Of a stretch of DNA of 64,000 nt, positions 27,269 through 34,608 are shown piece by piece. Under the pieces are notes generated by a model, which did no database searches, was not told the DNA's origin, and saw only the letters and a list, made by a program, of their open reading frames with translations. Positions within the stretch are counted from its first letter, which is position 1. Each line of letters begins with the position of its first letter. The DNA lies in assembly GCA_017404795.1 (NCBI GenBank), contig JAFRBR010000005.1:129-64128 (forward strand). The letters run 5' to 3'. The position numbers and the translations under genes are program-made. Source of the stretch: Candidatus Saccharimonadota bacterium. Lineage in GTDB: Bacteria > Patescibacteriota > Saccharimonadia > Saccharimonadales > Saccharimonadaceae.

Positions 27269-28537
27269 TCAATCTAACCCCCAACTTTTACGTCTAGCTA
27301 CCGCGGCCTTTTCTCGCCGGCATAATTTGTCCGCATCAGAGGGGTCGGCTAGTAGCTTCTCGACCACCCATTCTAGATATTGGCTCCCCTTAAAAATCAA
27401 AGTCTCCGTTCCTCTAACATTCTTCTTGATATATTCCAAGGCTTTCCTGGGGTCAGTCGTTGCCACCGCCGAAATACCCAGTTTCTTTAGTTCCGGTGCC
27501 GTGTACTCCTTAGTCCGCCGCCCTACTAGCACTACTTTGTCCGGTTTTACTCTGGCAATCAAATCCGCCAACCGCCGATGCTCCTCCTCCGCTAGCGACC
27601 CCTGATCGACAATATCCCCAATCACCAGCCACTTTTTCTCTGCGTGCATCCTTTTCGCCATATCTAGGGTCGAAGCCATGCTAATCATGTGCGCATTGTA
27701 GCTACAATCCACAATATCTATCCCCTTATACCCCTTAAAATGCGAACTTCGCCCCGGCGCCACTTCCATCCCGGTGAAATCAGGATTAAACTTTAGTTTC
27801 AGATATTTCATCAAATCCTGCAACACGAACAGATTGAACGCCACGTCCTTTGGCTCTGGTCGGTCAAAATGAAAAGTCGTATCCCCATAGGTAAAATCAG
27901 TCGAATCAGGGTAAACTACGTATTTTTTCATCTCCGTCTTCTTGATTGGAATCACTTGAGCCTTGACTCCCTTGGTCGCCTCTACCATCAACCTAGAATC
28001 TGCATCGATATACACTCGCTTGCTCGTATTGGCTGGCAAATTAGCAAATTCTGCTGTAATCGCCTCTGATAAATCTTTGAATTTACCTTCTTCCACCACT
28101 CTTTCAAACTGCACCGCATGGGATAAACCTATCGATACCCAAATCGTCACCTCTGGGCGCAGCCACTCTGCCAGGAATTCCGCCTCGTGCGGGCGTTCAC
28201 CGTCAATCTCTACCACGTAGTACCTCTGTTTATGGCGTTTAATCAGCCCCTTAATCGGCGCCATGATAAACAGATAAATCCAGCGCAGTTTAGACCCAGT
28301 CACCCCCTTTAGCCCTAGCAAATCAAACGAAATTCCAAAAGCACTATTAGCATTATGTGAATAATGCGCCTTATCCCCCATTTCAAACTCGATCATGTTC
28401 AGCATCGTAGTCTTACCAGCCGAGCCCGTCACCGCTACTGTTCGCGGATTCCACCTCTTATACACTCGATTCGCAAAATGCCGAAAATACTTCGCCGCAA
28501 CAAAGTAAAACCGTTTCTTGTAACTAGAAACACTCAT
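27269..28537 (-). CDS. murF: MurF-like Mur ligase (lacks the usual N-terminal domain)
   Basis: VAVTGSAGKTT, DCSYNA, VIGDIVDQG, FKGSQ correspond to MurF motifs. Confidence 0.75.
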   Translation of the reverse strand: MSVSSYKKRFYFVAAKYFRHFANRVYKRWNPRTVAVTGSAGKTTMLNMIEFEMGDKAHYSHNANSAFGISFDLLGLKGVTGSKLRWIYLFIMAPIKGLIKRHKQRYYVVEIDGERPHEAEFLAEWLRPEVTIWVSIGLSHAVQFERVVEEGKFKDLSEAITAEFANLPANTSKRVYIDADSRLMVEATKGVKAQVIPIKKTEMKKYVVYPDSTDFTYGDTTFHFDRPEPKDVAFNLFVLQDLMKYLKLKFNPDFTGMEVAPGRSSHFKGYKGIDIVDCSYNAHMISMASTLDMAKRMHAEKKWLVIGDIVDQGSLAEEEHRRLADLIARVKPDKVVLVGRRTKEYTAPELKKLGISAVATTDPRKALEYIKKNVRGTETLIFKGSQYLEWVVEKLLADPSDADKLCRREKAAVARRKSWGLD

Positions 28538-28585
28538 ACTCTCTATTATACCTTATTTATGCGTAAATTCTTAGAAAAAATCCGC

Positions 28586-28774
28586 CAGATTGGTATTTTC
28601 TCCGAGTGAAGCGCGTCTATTGGACGAGCGAAATTCCGAAAAAGGTGAGATGTGTAGTTGTCGTAATTTGCCAATTAAAATCGCACAGATTGCCTTTTGA
28701 GGAATTGAAGCGCGTCTATTGGACGAGCGAAATTCCGAAAAAGGTGAGATGTGCGATTTTAATGGCAAATTTAC
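28586..28774. repeat. Tandem intergenic palindromic elements downstream of rpsJ
   Basis: Identical 48-mer at 28607-28654 and 28706-28753; 25-nt inverted arms at 28663-28687 / 28750-28774. Confidence 0.9.
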
Positions 28775-29100
28775 ATGCGGATTTCGGCGTCTACGCCAGC
28801 CGGGAGGGATAGGTTTTGCAAGCTCTCGATCGTCTTCGGTGTAGCATTAGAGATATCAATCAGCCGTTTATGGACTTTCATTTCAAACGCTTCCCCGCCA
28901 GTCTTATAGACGTGAGGTGACTTAACCACGGTAAAAGTAGACCGCTTGGTCGGCAGAGGAATCGGCCCCGAAACGCTTGCCCCAGTCCGAATTGCCGTGT
29001 CCACAATCTGTCGAGCACTCTGGTCAATTACTCGGTGATCGTAAGCCTTCAGCCGAATCCGAATGGTCAGCCCAGTATCTTTTTCTTTTTTATCTGCCAT
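28771..29100 (-). CDS. rpsJ: 30S ribosomal protein S10
   Basis: [33 protein letters not shown]. Confidence 0.98.
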   Translation of the reverse strand: MADKKEKDTGLTIRIRLKAYDHRVIDQSARQIVDTAIRTGASVSGPIPLPTKRSTFTVVKSPHVYKTGGEAFEMKVHKRLIDISNATPKTIESLQNLSLPAGVDAEIRM

Positions 29101-29311
29101 AATTTGTTGTCCTTTCTGCTCTATAACCTCAGGTTCGCCCCTAGACAGGCCGCCGGTGAGTAGTTAGAGCTAGATAATTAATTTACTTGTAGCCCCATTA
29201 TACCACACTCTGCCAAAAATGCAAATCAAGCCCCCAAGTTGACAAAAACGCTCCCCAGTGGTATAATTGAGTCAACTATTGGGCAGTCTATAATTGAGGA
29301 AGGAGATTACT

Positions 29312-29833
29312 ATGCCCACGCACGTTACAGATGCAAGTACGTCCAAGTATCCAGTAGAGCAATTAAAGCCCTATTATAAGGCTTTGCTTTACATGGCTGA
29401 GTTGCCAAAGTATTGGGTTGCGTACGACTACCGGCTCGAAGAGTTTTTTGACAAGGGCCACCCGATCATTTCCAGTCAACCACAAGAATTCAAGGATTTT
29501 TGCGAGGCCTATGAGATGGTCTGTCGGGCCTCTGCCAGGCTTGACATTGAGCAGGGACTCAACTACCGCATGTTGCGCGCTCTCGCTCGCAATCTGTACT
29601 ACGGTGGAGCTCGTCGGAGTTTTTACATTAGATATTTGGAGGGGCAAATCGACCAACTCTCCAAAATCTCCGAGCCCGTAACTATTGTCGGAATCGAAGA
29701 AAGGTACCAATACTACATTTATCGGAAGGAGCGTAATCACAAAGGTCTTGGTATTGGCCCCAACTTTGAGACTTGGAAACAAGAGGGCGGCTGCCCCGTC
29801 ACTTTCTACAGCATCATGTCTTACCGAAAGTAG
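29312..29833 (+). CDS. Hypothetical protein (Tyr-rich orphan)
   Basis: Own TTGACA-N17-TATAAT promoter and AGGAG SD; no recognised motif. Confidence 0.7.
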   Translation: MPTHVTDASTSKYPVEQLKPYYKALLYMAELPKYWVAYDYRLEEFFDKGHPIISSQPQEFKDFCEAYEMVCRASARLDIEQGLNYRMLRALARNLYYGGARRSFYIRYLEGQIDQLSKISEPVTIVGIEERYQYYIYRKERNHKGLGIGPNFETWKQEGGCPVTFYSIMSYRK

Positions 29834-29876
29834 ACTCAAGTCCAACCAGTATTAAAAGCGTCTTAACTTGCATCAA

Positions 29877-29903
29877 AAAGCCACCCTCATGTAGGGTGGC
29901 TTT
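29877..29903. terminator. Bidirectional terminator between the orphan gene and tuf
   Basis: AAAGCCACCCT / AGGGTGGCTTT. Confidence 0.85.
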
Positions 29904-29915
29904 CTCAGGCTCAAA

Positions 29916-31100
29916 TTATTTGATAACCTTGGTGATGACACCAGAACCAACGGTCTTACCGCCTTCGCGGATCGCGAAGCGGTCGTTGTCGTTCATCGCG
30001 ACTGGCTGGAGCAATTTGACCTTGAAGGTCACTTGGTCACCAGGCATCACGATTTCCTTGTCGGCTGGTAGCTCTACCTCACCCGTCACATCAGTGGTAC
30101 GGAAGTAGAACTGAGGCTTATAGCCCTTGGAGAACGGAGTGTGGCGGCCGCCTTCTTCCTTCTTCAAGATGTAAACCTCTGCCTCAAACTCGGTATGCGG
30201 AGTAATCGTGCCTGGCTTGGCAATCACCTGACCACGCTCGATTTGGTCGCGTTCAATACCACGGAGCAAGAGACCTGCGTTATCGCCAGCTTGGCCCTGA
30301 TCCAAAGTCTTGTGGAAGGCCTCAATACCGGTCACTACGGACTTTTGAGTGTCTTTCAGACCAACAATCTCAACTTCGTCGTTTAGCTTGATCACACCCT
30401 GCTCGATACGACCAGTAGCCACGGTCCCACGGCCTTTAATTGAGAACACGTCCTCAATTGGCATTAGGAACGGCTTGTCAAGATCGTGCTCAGGTACTTC
30501 AAAGTATTCATCCATCGCCTTGACGAGCTCCATCACTGCGTCTTCGTTTTCTTTGTCACCCTCAAGAGCCTTAGTAGCGGAACCCTTGATGATTGGCGCA
30601 TTGTCGCCATCAAAGCCGTACTTGTTCAAAAGCTCACGGACGTCCATTTCTACTAGTTCTACTAGTTCAGGATCAGCGAGGTCCATTTTGTTCAAAAATA
30701 CGATGATTTTTGGTACGTTTACCTGGTGAGCCAAAAGTACGTGCTCACGAGTTTGTGGCAACGGGCCATCATTAGCAGCTACCACGAGGATAGCGCCATC
30801 TACCTGGGCAGCACCGGTAATCATGTTTTTGATGTAGTCGGCGTGGCCTGGCATGTCAACGTGCGCATAGTGGCGCTTGTCGGACTCATACTCCTGGTGT
30901 GAAGTCGCGATAGTAATACCGCGGGCCTTTTCCTCAGGCGCGTTATCAATTTGATCATAAGCGACAGGCTTGTTAACATCCGAAGGTAGGCGATCAGCCA
31001 ACACCTTGGTGATAGCAGCCGTCAAAGTGGTTTTTCCATGGTCTACGTGACCCATGGTGCCAACATTGATATGTGGCTTGGAACGGTCAAAATTTGCCAT
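29916..31100 (-). CDS. tuf: Elongation factor Tu
   Basis: [34 protein letters not shown]. Confidence 0.99.
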   Translation of the reverse strand: MANFDRSKPHINVGTMGHVDHGKTTLTAAITKVLADRLPSDVNKPVAYDQIDNAPEEKARGITIATSHQEYESDKRHYAHVDMPGHADYIKNMITGAAQVDGAILVVAANDGPLPQTREHVLLAHQVNVPKIIVFLNKMDLADPELVELVEMDVRELLNKYGFDGDNAPIIKGSATKALEGDKENEDAVMELVKAMDEYFEVPEHDLDKPFLMPIEDVFSIKGRGTVATGRIEQGVIKLNDEVEIVGLKDTQKSVVTGIEAFHKTLDQGQAGDNAGLLLRGIERDQIERGQVIAKPGTITPHTEFEAEVYILKKEEGGRHTPFSKGYKPQFYFRTTDVTGEVELPADKEIVMPGDQVTFKVKLLQPVAMNDNDRFAIREGGKTVGSGVITKVIK

Positions 31101-31444
31101 TCTTTCTCCTTTTTATTAATTACGGTTGGAGCGCTAATAAAAACCAGCTCCAAGACTCTACCCTCTTATTTTAGACTATTTTTGGCAAATTGTAAAGAGG
31201 CTATTTTGTTATTTTAAAAAAACTTCATTCTGACTAAAAAATCCTCGGTTACTTAGAACCGGGGACGGGTCCGCTAAATCCCTCAATTGAGACCAAATAT
31301 TACACATATCTTGACAAAATAAACCTTTTGTGCTAAAATTAGAAGACAAATTGGCAAGGGGCAATTTAAGCACATTAATATTGGATTCTAGGTAGAAAGG
31401 CATATTAGTCTAGGCAAAGAACAGAGAGATAAGGTGGTAATGAA

Positions 31445-32095
31445 ATGAGCAATGTAATTGAATTTAAGGTGGTGAGCAGTCGGCAGAAAACGCACAATAA
31501 TCGTAATGTTGTCAAGACTATTCAGATTCCGCGCAAAGAGGTAATGGTCTGCGCAAGTCCAATTCAAGTAGAACGAGTTGGCTGGAATATGATTTCAATC
31601 GGCTTTTGGCTGGATTGTTTCGAGCCGAATCTCGTTGACCTTGCTATGAGGCAAGTTTGCCATGCACAGTATGAGCTCTACAAGGTTGGACGCGATAATC
31701 CAAGCTACGAGCCCATGCGGTCGACGTTCATCGTGCGAGTAGTTGGGGATTATTCCCTTTCTGAGACGGACGAAATCCTTACTCAGATTGCGGCCCTGTC
31801 GGCCAAAGAGGCCTATTTGAAAGAAATCAGCATGCGAGGCAGCAAGGTGGATGTGTCCGAACTTGCAACCCCCTACGCGGCCGATCCTTTTAACGGTTCG
31901 ATCGTCAATCGCAAAACTGTGGCTATTTTGCGAAGAGCCGGTATTCAAAACGCTTACGAAGTGGCAAAAAACACTCGCGAGACGATCTGCCAGCTTCCTG
32001 GTATAACCACGAAGGAGGTATACAAGCTCGAAAAAAGCTTAGCTGCAAGAGGAATCTATCTCAACGCAGCCGCGGTGCCAAGTTGGAGCGAATGA
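31445..32095 (+). CDS. Hypothetical protein with C-terminal RNA polymerase alpha-CTD-like (HhH) domain
   Basis: C-terminal ..AILRRAGIQNAYEVAK..ETICQLPGITTKEV..LEKSLAARGIYL resembles alpha-CTD. Confidence 0.65.
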   Translation: MSNVIEFKVVSSRQKTHNNRNVVKTIQIPRKEVMVCASPIQVERVGWNMISIGFWLDCFEPNLVDLAMRQVCHAQYELYKVGRDNPSYEPMRSTFIVRVVGDYSLSETDEILTQIAALSAKEAYLKEISMRGSKVDVSELATPYAADPFNGSIVNRKTVAILRRAGIQNAYEVAKNTRETICQLPGITTKEVYKLEKSLAARGIYLNAAAVPSWSE

Positions 32096-32113
32096 CCTCA
32101 CCCAGAATCACAA

Positions 32114-32140
32114 AAAGGCCGTCCCGCAGGGACGGCCTTT
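32114..32140. terminator. Bidirectional terminator
   Basis: AAAGGCCGTCCC-GCA-GGGACGGCCTTT. Confidence 0.85.
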
Positions 32141-32152
32141 AATTATGCAAAA

Positions 32153-32695
32153 TTATTCGCCGGGGGTTGCGTCAACGGATCCGGTCTCAGTGCTGGTCTC
32201 AATAGATGTGCCTTTTTCTTGCTCATTAGCATCAGCCTGAGTGGTCGCTGGCTGAGTTTCAAGCCTTTCTGTGCCACGGAGAGCGGTTTCGCCCGCTTTT
32301 TTGTTGCGATTAACTTCACTCTTTTGGCGTAACATCTGTGCCATGTTTTCAAATACGTCAGCCAATTCGCGATCGATGTAACTGGCCTGCTCGTACGTAT
32401 CAAAGCCAGATTCCATAAAATTAGGGTCATGTCGACGATCTACGGCTTCATCAACATTATTAAAATGCCCACGCTCCTCATCGAGTTCATCTAGAAAAGC
32501 ATTTACTTCTTGGGTTTCTGGGCTATTATTAACAGGGGTAATTTCCGCACGTACCTCTGGTTTTTGAGGCTCTTCGCGGCGAAATCCGTCTGCCTCGATA
32601 CCAGCATATTCTTGGTCTAGCGCACTGTCGCTCATCCTCTTCGCGTTGGGGTTTGTCAAGGCTTCATCGACATTGTTCAATCCTTCTCTATTCAT
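32153..32695 (-). CDS. Acidic hypothetical protein
   Basis: GGAG SD before ATG 32695; E/D-rich, internal NNVDEA duplication. Confidence 0.7.
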   Translation of the reverse strand: MNREGLNNVDEALTNPNAKRMSDSALDQEYAGIEADGFRREEPQKPEVRAEITPVNNSPETQEVNAFLDELDEERGHFNNVDEAVDRRHDPNFMESGFDTYEQASYIDRELADVFENMAQMLRQKSEVNRNKKAGETALRGTERLETQPATTQADANEQEKGTSIETSTETGSVDATPGE

Positions 32696-32803
32696 AAGTA
32701 TTATCTCCATTAAATTGTTATTGCCCTTATTATAACACATTTTCTATAATGAGAACCATTAACTCAATGGACTTGTAAAAAGAAAGATTTTATATAAAAC
32801 CCA

Positions 32804-32946
32804 TTGACAAAAATAACTATGTGTGCTATAATATAAACAATAAGCAAGAGTTTTACTGCTTAGTAAATTAAGAACCAATTTAGTTGTGAGTTGTGAGTTG
32901 TGTTTCATTCCGGGTTGGACCAGGAGGTCCAGAAAGGAGGCCATCT
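32804..32946 (+). promoter_or_regulatory. Cassette B promoter and conserved leader
   Basis: TTGACA(32804)-N17-TATAAT(32827); TAAGCAAGAGTTTTACTGCTTAGTAA; hairpin GGACC-AGGA-GGTCC directly before AGAAAGGAGG. Confidence 0.85.
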
Positions 32947-33087
32947 ATGGCCACGCAGAAGAAGGACGTCTTCGAGACTTCGTATAAGAACCGTCAGGAA
33001 ATGCAGCGCGATGTGCTGCGGCTCGCCGCCGACAAGGGCTGGCGAACGATTCAGGCGAAGGGTGAACAGATGATCATCCGCCGCTAG
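32947..33087 (+). CDS. 46-aa small protein (cassette B cargo)
   Basis: AGAAAGGAGG SD then ATG: MATQKKDVFETSYKNRQEMQRDVLRLAADKGWRTIQAKGEQMIIRR. Confidence 0.7.
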   Translation: MATQKKDVFETSYKNRQEMQRDVLRLAADKGWRTIQAKGEQMIIRR

Positions 33088-33123
33088 CCCGCCCCTGCAG
33101 ACGGACCATGAAAGGAGTGGCCA

Positions 33124-33141
33124 ATGAAGACTTGGCCTTGA
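33124..33141 (+). CDS. Micro-ORF MKTWP*
   Basis: AAAGGAG (33111-33117), 6-nt spacer, ATG AAG ACT TGG CCT TGA. Confidence 0.45.
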   Translation: MKTWP

Positions 33142-33179
33142 CGCTGCAAAAATCGTAAATGAAAGGAGGTGCCCAAACT

Positions 33180-33194
33180 ATGTTTTGGCCTTAG
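33180..33194 (+). CDS. Micro-ORF MFWP*
   Basis: AAAGGAGGT (33162-33170), 9-nt spacer, ATG TTT TGG CCT TAG. Confidence 0.5.
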   Translation: MFWP

Positions 33195-33234
33195 CTCACG
33201 CGGGTAACGCCCGCGCCCCATACAACTGAATATT

Positions 33235-33330
33235 GGAAAAACACCCGAGGTCGGCGCCCTGCGCCCCGCCTCGGCGGTACCCCGAGGTCGGCTTGCGCAC
33301 TCTAGCGCCCCTTACCCTCGGGGTTTTTCT
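33235..33330. repeat. 97-nt structured repeat, copy B
   Basis: Homologous to 18718-18814, with the stems preserved. Confidence 0.9.
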
Positions 33331-33417
33331 TACCTCAAAAAACAAAAGAAACCCCCCGGTCGATTGACCGGGGGTGCTTGAGCCACCCAAGAGAGTCCAT
33401 AAAGGCTCAAAGAGGTT

Positions 33418-33717
33418 TTACCAAGGGGTACCGTCATGCTTCAGCATCGGGATTTCCTCGTACTTCCCAGAGGTGGTGTTGTGCTTATTGCGGAAGTTGC
33501 CTTTCGCAAAGTACCACCCCTCTGGGTAATAGAGAGTTTCCGGGTCGGCATCGGTGATAATTATCCCCGCTGCGGGCAGCGACATTTGGTTAAACGGATG
33601 ATATCGCATGTACTCAACTTCCATCGGGTTGAGTGCAGCAAACAGGTTGGCCGCCAAGCTAGCAGCCAGGTCAGCCGTTTTCACCGTAAGTTGGTTAGAT
33701 TTGGATTTCTTACCCAT
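33418..33717 (-). CDS. Hypothetical protein
   Basis: GAGGT SD; 99 aa; no recognised motif. Confidence 0.6.
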   Translation of the reverse strand: MGKKSKSNQLTVKTADLAASLAANLFAALNPMEVEYMRYHPFNQMSLPAAGIIITDADPETLYYPEGWYFAKGNFRNKHNTTSGKYEEIPMLKHDGTPW

Positions 33718-33756
33718 AATTCTTACCTCTTTCTCTAGGTGCGGTTTGGGTTTAGC

Positions 33757-34389
33757 TTAGGCCTCATCGGTAGAGCTAATGCCTTCCATCGGAGTAGACG
33801 AACCGTCCGCCCGGTGAATCGTTTTCTTTCCGGAAACGACATCGGTTTCCAGATAAGAGAAGCCGAGTCCCTCTAGCGGGTCATCTTTTTCTTCCCATAA
33901 ATTTCCAGAGGTCATTAACTCAATTAAGTCCTCTAAGCTGGATTTTTCTAGTTTTTGTCGCCAAGGACGTAGACCGGAGTCGCGCACTAACACCTGATCA
34001 GGTTGTGACACGGTACGTGGCATCGAGTCCTTAAGATGTCCAAAAGCATACGAAGAAGGCAGTCCCTCCTTCGATAGCAGTATTTGGGTACACCGAAACG
34101 GCTCATCTTGTCCAGATTTTATTTCGTAGTTTTCGATTCGAATCGCCCAACCATTGCAGTCGGCGATAATACCATTTCCTTCTTGCTGAAAGACTACCAC
34201 TGCTCCGCAGGCTACCATGAAATCTTCCAATCGGTAGCCGCCATAGCCATATTCGTCATTCAGGGTACCGTAACCAGCGTAATCTACAGAACGCGCCTGA
34301 TCGGCCGTAGTAGATTTGTCCATACAGCCAATCATGAAGAACATCATCATCGACAGTACGAACAAACCAACAATTTTTGCTACTTGCAT
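33757..34389 (-). CDS. Putative lipoprotein
   Basis: Hydrophobic N-terminus ending MIG-C (lipobox-like); AGGAG SD. Confidence 0.6.
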   Translation of the reverse strand: MQVAKIVGLFVLSMMMFFMIGCMDKSTTADQARSVDYAGYGTLNDEYGYGGYRLEDFMVACGAVVVFQQEGNGIIADCNGWAIRIENYEIKSGQDEPFRCTQILLSKEGLPSSYAFGHLKDSMPRTVSQPDQVLVRDSGLRPWRQKLEKSSLEDLIELMTSGNLWEEKDDPLEGLGFSYLETDVVSGKKTIHRADGSSTPMEGISSTDEA

Positions 34390-34565
34390 TATTTCTCCTT
34401 CCCTAGTAGCAACCTGTCCAATCTATATCCAGTTGGTTTTGGCCAACAAAATCCAAATAAATCCCCCATTCCTTTCTCTTAAAGAACACCCCCTATATAC
34501 CCTAATTATATCACACTTATGCCAAAAAGTCAAACAAAACGTAATGGTTCAGGACCATTGCAACA

Positions 34566-34594
34566 AAATAGCCGGTCTTTAAGACCGGCTATTT
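34566..34594 (-). terminator. fusA terminator
   Basis: AAATAGCCGGTCTT / AAGACCGGCTATTT. Confidence 0.85.
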
Positions 34595-34608
34595 ATGCCC
34601 CCAAAGAA

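Noticed and set aside
28571-28812. Short ORFs with internal peptide repeats; possible CRISPR array
   Set aside because: Only two 48-nt repeats, and the intervening sequence is an inverted arm of the same element; no cas genes.
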